A model generated the notes under the pieces. It searched no databases. It had not been told where the DNA came from and saw only the letters and a list, made by a program, of their open reading frames with translations. Position numbers and translations under genes: made by a program. This document shows, one piece after another, positions 18,511 to 28,425 of a DNA stretch of 64,000 nt. This DNA is from an uncultured bacterium (GTDB taxonomy: Bacteria > CAYUVA01). The stretch's first letter is position 1. Every line of letters starts with the position of its first letter. Where the stretch lies: NCBI GenBank assembly GCA_964448115.1, contig CAYUVA010000015.1, positions 3,953 to 67,952 of the forward strand, read 5' to 3'.

Positions 18511-19731
18511 ATGGCTCTGATAGTACAAAAGTTCGGTGGCACCTCTGTTGGCGATGTCAATAAGATCAAGGCGGTAGCAGCCCACATAGCCGAGACCATC
18601 TCAAGAGGGAACCAGGTGGTGGCGGTAACTTCTGCAATGGCAGGAACCACCGACCGCCTGCTAGATCTTGCCAGAGAGGTATGTGAAAACCCGAACCTCA
18701 AGGAACAGGATGTCCTTTTAGCAACCGGCGAGCAAGTTACGGCTGCCCTGTTAGCAATCGCGTTGATTGATAAGGGAATAAATGCAGCCTCCTTTGTAAG
18801 TTTCCAGATCGGACTGATCACCAATGATGAATACTTCAATGCCAAGATCGAGGGAGCAGATCCAACCTTTTTAATGCGGGCAATCGAGCGTGGAATAACC
18901 CCGGTAGTTGCCGGCTACCAGGGGATAACTAAAGAACATAATATATCTACCTTGGGCAGAGGTGGAACCGATACCACCGCAGTTGCAATCGCTCACATAC
19001 TCAAGGCTGAGATATGCGAGATCTACACAGATGTAGCTGGTGTATATACCGCTGATCCGAGATTGGTCGATGATGCCAAGAATATCAAGACCCTCGATTA
19101 TGAGCAGATGATGGAGCTTGCTTCATCTGGCTCAAAGGTTCTAGCTGCCAGGGCGGTGCATTATGCTCGCAGATTCAATGTCCCGGTAATAGTCAAGCCT
19201 ATCCACCTGGTTGGCGAGGGCACGCTCATGACAGAAAGCCAATCAGGCTCCAGGCGTTCCATTACTGGCATAACAAGCACCGATAAAATAGTTAATCTAA
19301 CCATGGTGGGAATCCCCCGTAACGAAGAGGTCATGGGAACATTACTCGCTGAGATGTCAAGGAAAAATATCCGCATCGAGTTGGTTGGAAAAACGATCGT
19401 TGACGGGCTAGACTCTTGCAGTTTCATTTGCAGCTTCTCCAACCTTTATCAGGCATACCTGATTGCCAAGGAAGTCGGTGAATCGCTAGGAGTACAAGAG
19501 ATAATATATGATGACAAGACTGCCAAGGTTTCCATAGTCGGCTGTGGATTGCTTCATATACCAGGTTTGATCTCCATCATAAACACTATCCTCAACCAAG
19601 AGGGGATTCACTTCTCGCAGATAAGCCTTTCTGAAAGCAATATTTCTTTTATAATACCCAAGCAACACCTCAAGCTTGCTCTAGACAAGCTGCACAAAGA
19701 GTTTTTCATCGACAAGGATTACTCCACTTGA
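18511..19731 (+). CDS. lysC: aspartate kinase
   Basis: 406 aa. VQKFGGTSVG and LGRGGTDTTA motifs, with C-terminal ACT-like repeats. Confidence 0.93.
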   Translation: MALIVQKFGGTSVGDVNKIKAVAAHIAETISRGNQVVAVTSAMAGTTDRLLDLAREVCENPNLKEQDVLLATGEQVTAALLAIALIDKGINAASFVSFQIGLITNDEYFNAKIEGADPTFLMRAIERGITPVVAGYQGITKEHNISTLGRGGTDTTAVAIAHILKAEICEIYTDVAGVYTADPRLVDDAKNIKTLDYEQMMELASSGSKVLAARAVHYARRFNVPVIVKPIHLVGEGTLMTESQSGSRRSITGITSTDKIVNLTMVGIPRNEEVMGTLLAEMSRKNIRIELVGKTIVDGLDSCSFICSFSNLYQAYLIAKEVGESLGVQEIIYDDKTAKVSIVGCGLLHIPGLISIINTILNQEGIHFSQISLSESNISFIIPKQHLKLALDKLHKEFFIDKDYST

Positions 19732-20504
19732 TGTTTGAATATTCTATGTTTGGCAAGCATTCGCAAATGATAGACACTCTATTTAGGATGATATACCCTC
19801 CACGTTGTTTTATGTGTGGAGCTTCAAGTGATCTGACCGCGGAAGGGTATCTATGCATCAATTGCGAAAAGAGGCTATCATGGCTAAAAAAGCCTACATG
19901 CACTCATTGCGGCATCCCATTGCTTGAAGAGGATTACCATGCAGGCGATGAGTATATCTGTGATAGATGCTCCAGAATCCCTATCCACTCATTTAAGCGA
20001 CTAGCTTCATTATTTTACTATGACTATCATGGACCAGCGGCGGAAATGATAAAACAGCTAAAACATAATAAGAAATTGTATCTGCTGCTTCCGCTTAGAT
20101 ATTATATTCATCTTGCTTTATCCGAGACCGGCTTGCTAGAAGGAGTTGATTACCTTGTTCCGGTGCCAATCCATACTTTTCGATTCATGAAACGAGGCTT
20201 CAATCAGGCATCTGAGCTTTGCAAAATCATCTCAAAAAAATTCCGTATCCCAATAGACAGAAGCCTCATACGAAAGCGCCATACATCAACCCAAACCGGC
20301 GGTTTCTATGAAAGGATGCGCAACATCGCCGGCGCATTTACCCTGAAAAAGGGGCATAACCTTATGGGAACAAGAGTATTGCTGGTCGATGATGTCTATA
20401 CCAGCGGGGCTACCATGAGAGAATGCGCTAAAGTCCTCAAAGCTGGAGGAGTCAATCAGGTGCATGGATTCACCATCTGTAGAGTGGTTGGTAATGTAAG
20501 CTAG
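19731..20504 (+). CDS. comF: ComF-family phosphoribosyltransferase-domain protein
   Basis: N-terminal double CxxC zinc-finger pattern (CFMCG...CINCE; CTHCG...CDRC). PRTase motif VLLVDDVYTSGATM. The ATG at 19731 overlaps the lysC stop. Confidence 0.85.
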   Translation: MFEYSMFGKHSQMIDTLFRMIYPPRCFMCGASSDLTAEGYLCINCEKRLSWLKKPTCTHCGIPLLEEDYHAGDEYICDRCSRIPIHSFKRLASLFYYDYHGPAAEMIKQLKHNKKLYLLLPLRYYIHLALSETGLLEGVDYLVPVPIHTFRFMKRGFNQASELCKIISKKFRIPIDRSLIRKRHTSTQTGGFYERMRNIAGAFTLKKGHNLMGTRVLLVDDVYTSGATMRECAKVLKAGGVNQVHGFTICRVVGNVS

Positions 20505-20518
20505 GCTGATAGATTTGT

Positions 20519-20533
20519 TGGCATAAATATTGC
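20519..20533 (+). promoter_or_regulatory. candidate sigma54 (-24/-12) promoter upstream of the pilin gene
   Basis: TGGCATAAATATTGC matches TGGCAC-N5-TTGC with the correct GG-N10-GC spacing. It lies about 140 nt upstream of the pilin ATG (20674). Confidence 0.45.
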
Positions 20534-20673
20534 GATACTAAGTATGTTGGATTTTCCAAGAATGATGATGATAACGAATACAAGAGATCGCAAATGAGTA
20601 ATAAGGACAGGCTTTGTAAAAGCGAGCAGATCTTAGTGACATTTTTCGGCAACTTGAATCGTACTAGTGAGTT

Positions 20674-21180
20674 ATGAACCAAGAAATTATTTCTATCAAT
20701 ACAAGAAGACCAGGATGTAAAGAAGGCTTTACCTTGATAGAACTACTTATTGTAGTAGCAATAATTGGCATCATTGCAGCAATAGCCATCCCTTCCTTGC
20801 TTCGCTCCAGGATGAGCGCAAATGAGGCATCCACAATCGGAGCCTGCAAGACTATTCTCGCTGCCCAGATAGACTATAACAACAACACAAATCCACATAC
20901 TTATGCTGACAGACTTGAGGATCTTGTAAGTGGCGAGGGAGCCGGTGAAGTAGCTTTTATGGACCCGAATATTGCCAAGGGATTGAAGGCTGGCTATACA
21001 TTTACCTTAGTAAAGGGCAGCGTAATAGGAGAAAGCTCGTGGTCCTTCTCCGCAGCCGCCTGGCCGGTAGCTTACAAAAGCTCTGGAGTTCGCAGCTTCT
21101 ATATCGATGAGACCGGCGTGATCCGAGGAAGCGATATAGGAGGAGCGATCCCTTTAGTTGACCTCCCTGCAATAGATTAA
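20674..21180 (+). CDS. type IV pilin / pseudopilin with prepilin N-terminal methylation motif
   Basis: 168 aa. Leader ends ...CKEG|FTLIELLIVVAIIGIIAAIAIP (class III signal peptide). Confidence 0.85.
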   Translation: MNQEIISINTRRPGCKEGFTLIELLIVVAIIGIIAAIAIPSLLRSRMSANEASTIGACKTILAAQIDYNNNTNPHTYADRLEDLVSGEGAGEVAFMDPNIAKGLKAGYTFTLVKGSVIGESSWSFSAAAWPVAYKSSGVRSFYIDETGVIRGSDIGGAIPLVDLPAID

Positions 21181-21215
21181 TTCAAGCCGGATAAGATAAT
21201 CCTGATCTGACTCAG

Positions 21216-21482
21216 ATGCCTCTGGCAATAGGACTCCCGATAGCGATGTCGATCTGCTTGCAGGTGAAGAGGCTTCAGGGAACCGGCACGAAGATTATGA
21301 CACCTTGCGGAAAGAATGGCAGCCAAACGGGCTGGATGATGACCTTCACTTATGAAGGAACCGATGACAAAGGGAATGTGGTAACCTGCAGTTGCGATGT
21401 GATCCTGCAAAGCAGCGGTTATGACAGCCTGGATGATGATTCTAACTTGGAGCCGAATAGGTTTATGGTTGCACCCTATTAG
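21216..21482 (+). CDS. small hypothetical protein (weak call)
   Basis: 88-aa ORF with no recognisable motif. It sits in the otherwise empty pilin-tadB gap. Confidence 0.2.
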   Translation: MPLAIGLPIAMSICLQVKRLQGTGTKIMTPCGKNGSQTGWMMTFTYEGTDDKGNVVTCSCDVILQSSGYDSLDDDSNLEPNRFMVAPY

Positions 21483-21522
21483 AGAAACAAGTAACTATCT
21501 TTGAAATTATTACACTTCGAGG

Positions 21523-21551
21523 TTGACATGAATTGTGAAATTTTATACATT
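21523..21551 (+). promoter_or_regulatory. candidate sigma70 promoter for tadB/tadC/FHA genes
   Basis: TTGACA (21523-21528), 17-nt spacer, TACATT (21546-21551). About 58 nt upstream of the ATG at 21610. Confidence 0.3.
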
Positions 21552-21609
21552 CTACATTTAGTTTGGTTTAATTTGGATGAATCATGCTGAACATATCGGA
21601 GAATAAAAG

Positions 21610-22479
21610 ATGAATGTCGATCTGGCGATATTGAGGGATGTAACCTACCTGTTTGCGCTGCTAGCCGGTATCCTATTCGCAATAGCTGGCTTCACAGCCT
21701 TCAGGAAAGGTTTTAAGAGGTATGAGGAGAAGTATCTAAGCAAGACCGCACAAGATCTCGATGAGATGTTCTTGCCTGTCTCACCGGAACAATTTCTGTA
21801 TATCAATGTGCTTATCACCTTCTTATTGGGGCTTGCTGGGTTGGTTTTAAGTGCTGGGGACTTCGTGGTTGCTTTTTTATGCGCTATCGTAGGCTTCCTT
21901 ATCCCGCGTTTCTGGCTGAATTATAAAAAGAAGAAGCGCCTTAAGATGTTCGAGGAGCAAATGGTCGATGCGCTGACCACGATGGCAAACTCACTTAAGG
22001 CGGGTTTTTCACTGGTACAGACATTCGAGATGGTGGCAAAGGAGATGAATCCGCCGATCTCCGAGGAATTCGGCTTGATGCTCAGGGAGAACAAGCTCGG
22101 CGTGCACCTGGACAAGGCGCTTTTGAACATGACAAAAAGGGTACGAAGCAATAACCTAGACCTGGTGGTAACCTCGACAATCATTGCCCGAACCGCTGGT
22201 GGTAACCTGGCAGAGATCTTTACCACCATCGCTTCAACTATCAGAGAGATCTCTCGGTTAGAGGGGAAGATCGATGCCCTGACCGCGCAAGGCAAGTGGC
22301 AGGGGGCGGTACTGGGTATTATCCCCATATTGCTCGCCGTTGCAATATACTTCATAGATCCGTCTTACATCACCATATTGGTAGAGGATGTGATCGGGTG
22401 GATAATGATAGGGCTTATTATTATCTTCGAGGCGTTGGGCTTCTTTTTCATAAGGAAGATTGCAACTATAGACATCTGA
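21610..22479 (+). CDS. tadB: type II secretion system F-family protein, TadB-like
   Basis: 289 aa with N- and C-terminal TM helices flanking a T2SSF-like cytoplasmic domain. Paired with a second F-family gene. Confidence 0.8.
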   Translation: MNVDLAILRDVTYLFALLAGILFAIAGFTAFRKGFKRYEEKYLSKTAQDLDEMFLPVSPEQFLYINVLITFLLGLAGLVLSAGDFVVAFLCAIVGFLIPRFWLNYKKKKRLKMFEEQMVDALTTMANSLKAGFSLVQTFEMVAKEMNPPISEEFGLMLRENKLGVHLDKALLNMTKRVRSNNLDLVVTSTIIARTAGGNLAEIFTTIASTIREISRLEGKIDALTAQGKWQGAVLGIIPILLAVAIYFIDPSYITILVEDVIGWIMIGLIIIFEALGFFFIRKIATIDI

Positions 22480-22499
22480 TTCATCAAGGGGAATAACTG

Positions 22500-23438
22500 A
22501 TGCCGATTAGCGATACAATATTCAAACTTTTAATCACAGCCTTCGGCTTTTTATCCATTGTCCTGGGCGTCTATGCCCTGGCACCAAAGAAGAAGTACTT
22601 CGAGGAAGAAGAGGAGGAAGAAGCTCCCCTGGTACAGAGAGGACACCTGGGAGCAAAACGGCAAGAACTTAAAGAGCTGTTTTTGCTTTACAGGATCACA
22701 CTCCCGCTTGTTACCTGGCTTGCTTTCTTCATCAGCAAGTTGCCTATTGAGGACTACCGAAATCGGCTTAACCGCAAGCTAACCGCAGCCGGCAATCCTG
22801 GAGCATATAACGCGGATGAGTTCATTGCGCTACGCATACTGGTATTCTTTGGAATACCGATCCTGACCTTCCTTCTATTCACTGCCATGTTTGGCAATTG
22901 CCATCCGCTTATCTTGAGCTTAGCTACCTTGCTTGGCTTCTTCCTACCACCTGTATGGCTGCGCGATACGCTGATGAAGCGAGCCAAAGAGATCAACCGC
23001 TCTTTGCCCTATATACTTGACCTACTAACTCTGTCCATCGAGGCAGGATTGGACTTCATCTCCTCTGTTGAGCGTATCGTTATGAAGAAGGAGTCCACTG
23101 GACCGCTTTACGATGAGCTATTCCAGATGCTGCAGGAGCTTAAGATGGGCAAGACGCGACGCGAGGCACTTCGCGATATGGCTCGGAGGATAAACCTGGA
23201 CAATGTGAACTCGGTGGTAGCTGCCCTAATCCAGGCGGATCAGCTCGGTACCAGCTTAGGTCCAGTGCTTCGTATCCAGTCAGAGATGCTTCGGGTCAGG
23301 CGCTCACAGCAGGCTGAAAAACTTGCTATGGAAGCGCCAGTCAAGCTGTTGTTCCCTCTGCTTTTTATCTTCCTGGCAGTTATAATGTTGTTATTATCAC
23401 CAGTTGTTATCAGATTCATCAGGGGTCAGTTGTTCTAG
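22500..23438 (+). CDS. tadC: type II secretion system F-family protein, TadC-like
   Basis: 312 aa with the same topology. LPYILDLLTLSIEAGLDF-type T2SSF core. Confidence 0.8.
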   Translation: MPISDTIFKLLITAFGFLSIVLGVYALAPKKKYFEEEEEEEAPLVQRGHLGAKRQELKELFLLYRITLPLVTWLAFFISKLPIEDYRNRLNRKLTAAGNPGAYNADEFIALRILVFFGIPILTFLLFTAMFGNCHPLILSLATLLGFFLPPVWLRDTLMKRAKEINRSLPYILDLLTLSIEAGLDFISSVERIVMKKESTGPLYDELFQMLQELKMGKTRREALRDMARRINLDNVNSVVAALIQADQLGTSLGPVLRIQSEMLRVRRSQQAEKLAMEAPVKLLFPLLFIFLAVIMLLLSPVVIRFIRGQLF

Positions 23439-23526
23439 CGAATGGATAAGATCTTTCAGTCATCGACACACAATCACACTTTTCTCAAGCGTTGTAACAT
23501 TATTGTTCACCTAAGGAAAAGCAAGG

Positions 23527-24804
23527 ATGTCAGATAAATCCTCCAAGCAACATCCTAAGCTAGTTATGCTCACTGGTGGAGGTGAGGGAACTGAGTTTCC
23601 TCTCGATCGCGATGTAACCAAGATCGGCAGGGCAATAGAGAACGAGATCATTCTAAACGATAAAAGTGCCTCCCGAGTTCATTCAGAGATAAATAACCTC
23701 GATGGTGAGTGCTACATTCGGGACTTAAATAGCCGCAACGGTACTGAGGTCAATGGTGTTGTCGTTAGCGAGACCAGGCTTAACAATGGCGATATTATTC
23801 GCATCGGGAAGACTTCCTTCAAGTTCATAGATCCCCTTGCTGATAAGGAGGATGTTTCGGGAGGCGAAGCGACCTTCGACTTCGATGAGGAGGACTGGGA
23901 GAGCCTGGCGCTTGGAAAAGAAGGAGAAAAAAAGAGGGAAAAGAAGAAAGCAAAGGAGCCGCTTTTAAGCATTAGGAATATCATTATAGGTATCGCTATA
24001 GTAGTGGTTATCCTTATAGTGGCTGCTTTTTATGTGATATTCTCCGGTGAAGAAGAATTCGTCAATGTTCCCATGCCACTGCCGCAAGATCCCCCTTATG
24101 GTTACATGGCAAAAGGGGATCAAAACCATTTTGATAAGGTTATCTACGAGTTTGAGGTGAACTTCGATGAACCAGTGGAACTTCTTTTCAAGGTCTATGA
24201 TATTGATGATGACCAGGAGGTTGTTATTAAGCTCAATGGCGAGACCATACATGCTGTTGAGCCTACCGGAGACGGGGTGTATAGCGCATTGCGCAGGTTG
24301 AAGTTACCGGATGACCTGGTCTATCGTGATCGTACTAATCGGGTGATCTTTATTAATAATCGCTATCCGCCAATTAAGGACTATTGGGCGGTCAGCAATG
24401 TTAACATCGAGCCGGCAAAGGTCTATGTATGCCAGGAAGAAAAAGGGAGAGCGACCTATGAGGTTGCAAAAAGTAAGTACGATACCCGCAAGATAATGCT
24501 CGGCAACCTGTGGGAGTGTATTAAGCTGCTTGAGGAAACCCTGCGCTTATCTGAGGTATGCGTGCCTAAGCCCGACTATTACCTCGAGGCGGTCAATCTC
24601 CTGGCAACATCAAAAGAGGAGCTTGATGAAAGATATCGTAAGCTCTTATTTACAGTGGAGCGAGACAAGAGGATGCGCCGTTATGCTGATGTGAAGATGA
24701 ACCTGATAAAGATCACTCGCTTGATTCCAGATCCAACAGATGAGCGTCATGTAAAGGCTCAGAAGGATCTACGACGAATCAACCGCCTTACAAAGAAGAA
24801 ATAG
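23527..24804 (+). CDS. FHA-domain membrane protein
   Basis: N-terminal FHA domain (KIGRAIENEIILNDKSASRVHSEI...RDLNSRNGTEVNG). K/E-rich linker, one TM helix (IIIGIAIVVVILIVAAFYVIF) and a roughly 250-aa extracytoplasmic domain. Confidence 0.8.
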   Translation: MSDKSSKQHPKLVMLTGGGEGTEFPLDRDVTKIGRAIENEIILNDKSASRVHSEINNLDGECYIRDLNSRNGTEVNGVVVSETRLNNGDIIRIGKTSFKFIDPLADKEDVSGGEATFDFDEEDWESLALGKEGEKKREKKKAKEPLLSIRNIIIGIAIVVVILIVAAFYVIFSGEEEFVNVPMPLPQDPPYGYMAKGDQNHFDKVIYEFEVNFDEPVELLFKVYDIDDDQEVVIKLNGETIHAVEPTGDGVYSALRRLKLPDDLVYRDRTNRVIFINNRYPPIKDYWAVSNVNIEPAKVYVCQEEKGRATYEVAKSKYDTRKIMLGNLWECIKLLEETLRLSEVCVPKPDYYLEAVNLLATSKEELDERYRKLLFTVERDKRMRRYADVKMNLIKITRLIPDPTDERHVKAQKDLRRINRLTKKK

Positions 24805-24950
24805 TAACGATAAACTATACACTATATTTAATTTATACATATACTATCAAATTCATAATAAGGATATTAATTCATTTATTCATTCACAAGCAGTTTGAAA
24901 TGCCAACATTTGTCTGCTATTATTAAAATAATTACAAGTATCAAGTAATT

Positions 24951-25577
24951 ATGATTGCAATTGAACAAAAGATTGTTGATATATCCAAAGAATACTCCAG
25001 AAGATTGTCTGAAAAGATAGAATCTCGCCTTACTGAACTGCAATCGGATGATACATCTCATTATATGATCTTCTCACTTCTAGGTATTGATGAAAAAGAA
25101 AGTGAAGCTATTGATAAATATCAAAATATGGGGCGATTTGTATATCGATATGCGGGTTCATTCCTTGAGAATGTAGTACTTTTATGTTTTGAATCAGTAT
25201 ATCCGGAAATTGAAACACCCTTTAAGATCAATAATTCTCTTTCATCAAAACCTCGTAAATTTAGCATTGACTTTCGCTTGGGCGATAGGTTGTATGAGAT
25301 AAAATGGAGGGATGCCACAACTGATGGAGATCATGTTGTTAAGGAACACACAAAAGCAAGAAGTTGCAAAGAGGCAGGATTTATTCCTGTGAGATTGATG
25401 TTTTTTTATCCTAATCGCAAACAGGCAATCATAATACAAGACACCATAAAGAGCTTATATAAGGGTCTGGATGGAGAGTGCTACTTTGGCAAAGATGCCT
25501 GGGATCATGTTTACCACAAAACAGATATCGACCTTTTAGAAATACTAAGGAATATAGCTGAAAGGAGGGCTGGATAG
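24951..25577 (+). CDS. putative type II restriction endonuclease (PD-(D/E)xK)
   Basis: 208 aa. Candidate catalytic motif SIDFRLGDRLYEIKW (D-x8-E-x-K). It lies 3 nt upstream of a DNA methyltransferase gene in an AT-rich island. Confidence 0.5.
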   Translation: MIAIEQKIVDISKEYSRRLSEKIESRLTELQSDDTSHYMIFSLLGIDEKESEAIDKYQNMGRFVYRYAGSFLENVVLLCFESVYPEIETPFKINNSLSSKPRKFSIDFRLGDRLYEIKWRDATTDGDHVVKEHTKARSCKEAGFIPVRLMFFYPNRKQAIIIQDTIKSLYKGLDGECYFGKDAWDHVYHKTDIDLLEILRNIAERRAG

Positions 25578-25580
25578 TCC

Positions 25581-26789
25581 ATGTCTCAAATTATTCACGG
25601 GGATTGTCTAACTGAGCTTAAAAATATTGCTTCGGAGAGCATTGACCTTATTTATGTGGATCCTCCATTTTTCACCCAGAAAAAGCAAAAATTAATCAGT
25701 AGAAAAACCGGACAGATATACTCCTTTAATGATACATGGAAAAATATTGAAGAATATATTAGTTTTATAAAAGATAGAATACTGGAATGCCATAGAGTAT
25801 TAAAAGATACAGGAAGTTTATTTTTTCATTGTGATCGTAAGGCATCACATCATATACGAATAATACTTGATGATATTTTTGGTACTGATAATTTCCATAG
25901 CGACATTGTATGGACTTATCGGAGATGGTCTAATTCCAAGAAAGGTCTTTTACACTGTCATCAAAATATTTTATTTTATAGCAAAAGTAAAAACTATAAA
26001 TTTAATACTCTATACGAAGATTATTCTGCAACTACAAATATAGATCAAATATTTCAACTTCGTGTTAGGGATGAAAATGGAAAGACTATTTATAAGCAAA
26101 ATGATCATGGCGAGTATGAGTTAAATCCATCTAAAAAAGGTGTTCCACTTTCTGATGTATGGTACATCCCGTATCTTAATCCCAAAGCTAAAGAGAGAAC
26201 CGGATTCCCAACCCAAAAACCTGTCTTATTGCTTGAAAGAATAATACAACTTGTTACCGATGAAGGTGATATAGTCCTAGACCCTTTCTGCGGAAGTGGA
26301 ACCACTCTTGTTGCAGCAAAACTATGCAACCGTAAATATATTGGGATAGATATCTTAAAAGAGGCTGTTGGACTTTCCAGACAGCGGATTGAGAATCCCA
26401 TAAAGACCGATTCTAACCTTATCAGAAACGGCATAAGTTCATATGTAAATCAAACTTCTGAAATATTAGAATTACTTGAAAAAATAGGTGCAATTCCGGT
26501 CCAAAGGAACAAAGGTATCGATGGATTTATCAAAATCAATAATATTATCAAACCTATTCCTGTTCGTATTCAAAGAAAAAATGAAACTATTGAATCCTGC
26601 ATTGAAACTTTGATAAATGCTTGTAGTAAAAATAAGTATCAATTCAAAATTTTAATTAAAACGAATAGTCTATCTAAACCTTCCATATATCCCATCACCG
26701 ATAATTTATTAAAATATAATATTGCTTTAATTGAAAATATCAATGATTTTATTAATAATAAAAAAAAGTATATTAATTTAACTCTGTAA
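25581..26789 (+). CDS. beta-class N6-adenine/N4-cytosine DNA methyltransferase with C-terminal extension
   Basis: Catalytic motif IV DPPF (IYVDPPFF) precedes the SAM-binding motif I (DPFCGSGTT). FPTQKPVLLLERII is also present. About 120 extra C-terminal residues. Confidence 0.9.
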   Translation: MSQIIHGDCLTELKNIASESIDLIYVDPPFFTQKKQKLISRKTGQIYSFNDTWKNIEEYISFIKDRILECHRVLKDTGSLFFHCDRKASHHIRIILDDIFGTDNFHSDIVWTYRRWSNSKKGLLHCHQNILFYSKSKNYKFNTLYEDYSATTNIDQIFQLRVRDENGKTIYKQNDHGEYELNPSKKGVPLSDVWYIPYLNPKAKERTGFPTQKPVLLLERIIQLVTDEGDIVLDPFCGSGTTLVAAKLCNRKYIGIDILKEAVGLSRQRIENPIKTDSNLIRNGISSYVNQTSEILELLEKIGAIPVQRNKGIDGFIKINNIIKPIPVRIQRKNETIESCIETLINACSKNKYQFKILIKTNSLSKPSIYPITDNLLKYNIALIENINDFINNKKKYINLTL

Positions 26790-26893
26790 CTTATTTTTCT
26801 ACATTTTGTGTGACTCCCTTGACAACACTAACCTCTATGAATAACCTCTATGAATGATAAATGCCAATCTTTTACAGACGGAGGTAAATAAAA

Positions 26894-28405
26894 ATGAAAA
26901 TAGTCGAGTGTGTTCCTAACTTCAGCGAGGGACGAAGACCTGAGATAATCGATGAGATCGTTGCTGAGATAACAAAAATCAAGGGCGTTACCCTCATCGA
27001 TAAGGAGATGGATCCCAGCCATAATCGCGCGGTTGTTACATTCATTGGACCCCCGCAAGCTGCCAAACAGGCTGCCTTTAACAGCATCAAGAAAGCGGCT
27101 GAACTTATCGATCTCAATAAGCATGAGGGCGAGCATCCCCGGATGGGCGCTTGCGATGTCTGCCCCTTTATCCCCATTCAGGACATGACCACCGAGGAAT
27201 GCGTTCAACTGGCAAAGGAACTCGGCAACAAGGTCGGCGAAAAGCTCGAAATACCAGTATTCCTTTACGAGGATGCAGCAACAAGAGAGGACAGGCGCAA
27301 CCTGGCTAAGATCAGAAAAGGTCAATTCGAGGGACTGCGAGATCTGATTGGCAAAGACCCCGACAAGACACCGGACTTCGGACCCAACAGGATTCACCCT
27401 ACCGCTGGTGCAATAGCCATTGGCGCTCGATTCTTTCTTATAGCTTACAATGTTAATCTCAATACAACCGATGTGGAGATTGCCAAGGAGATAGCCAAGG
27501 CGATTCGCGAATCCGGGGGTGGCTTTCCTAATGTAAAAGGGATGGGCTTTGAGCTGGCTGACCGCGGGTTGAGCCAGGTCTCGATGAACATGACAGATTA
27601 TCGCGTAACCTCGCTGGCAACCGTTTATAAGGAGATCGAACGCCGAGCTGCCGAGAAAGGGATCGAAGTAGTTGAAAGCGAGATCGTGGGGCTTATCCCC
27701 CTTCCCGCGGTTGTACAATCGTTCTGCGAGATGCTCAAAGTCAAAGTATGGGATGATAAGCAGATCATCGAGAACAGCATCCCCGCTCCGCCTCCGCACC
27801 CATTTGAGGCACCCAGGTATTTCTGCGATGAGCTGGCAAGCTCAGCTCCTACACCAGGCGGTGGCTCGGTGGCTGCCCTGGCTGGCTGCCTTGCTGGGTG
27901 TCTCAATCAGATGGTGTGCAACCTCACCATAGGCAAGAAAAAGTATGCAGAGGTAGAGGATGAGATGAAGGGCTATCTAACACAAGTCAAGGAACTCTCA
28001 GACAAACTATACAACATGATGCAAAAGGATGCGGATGCTTTCGATGCGGTCATGGCTTCATTCAAGCTCCCCAAGGAGACCGAAGAGGAAAAGGCAAAAC
28101 GCTCCGAGGAGATACAAAGGGCAACTATGGTCGCTACTCAAGTGCCTTTCGAGACCATGGAATTGGCAATGGAGGTACTTAGGCTGTCAAAGGTGATAGG
28201 AGAAAAGGGTAATAAAAACGCCCTATCTGATGCAAAGAGCGCAGCGGTTATGGCAAGGGGGGCTATCTACTGCGCGGGGCTGAATGTCAAGATAAATGTT
28301 CCTGGCTTAAAGGATCGCCAATTTGCTGATGACATATTGGCAAAGACACTCGATATGGAAGGAAAGGCAGATCAGCTTGAGCGAGAAGTGCTAGCAATAG
28401 AATGA
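26894..28405 (+). CDS. ftcD: glutamate formimidoyltransferase / formimidoyltetrahydrofolate cyclodeaminase (bifunctional)
   Basis: 503 aa. N-terminal VECVPNFSEGR. The helical C-terminal half fits a cyclodeaminase domain. GGAGG-type RBS upstream. Confidence 0.88.
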   Translation: MKIVECVPNFSEGRRPEIIDEIVAEITKIKGVTLIDKEMDPSHNRAVVTFIGPPQAAKQAAFNSIKKAAELIDLNKHEGEHPRMGACDVCPFIPIQDMTTEECVQLAKELGNKVGEKLEIPVFLYEDAATREDRRNLAKIRKGQFEGLRDLIGKDPDKTPDFGPNRIHPTAGAIAIGARFFLIAYNVNLNTTDVEIAKEIAKAIRESGGGFPNVKGMGFELADRGLSQVSMNMTDYRVTSLATVYKEIERRAAEKGIEVVESEIVGLIPLPAVVQSFCEMLKVKVWDDKQIIENSIPAPPPHPFEAPRYFCDELASSAPTPGGGSVAALAGCLAGCLNQMVCNLTIGKKKYAEVEDEMKGYLTQVKELSDKLYNMMQKDADAFDAVMASFKLPKETEEEKAKRSEEIQRATMVATQVPFETMELAMEVLRLSKVIGEKGNKNALSDAKSAAVMARGAIYCAGLNVKINVPGLKDRQFADDILAKTLDMEGKADQLEREVLAIE

Positions 28406-28425
28406 GTTAAGCTTCTAAGAATAGC

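Noticed and set aside
26828-27799. 323-aa minus-strand ORF
   Set aside because: It is fully antisense to ftcD, whose product has clear formiminotransferase motifs. It is a shadow ORF.
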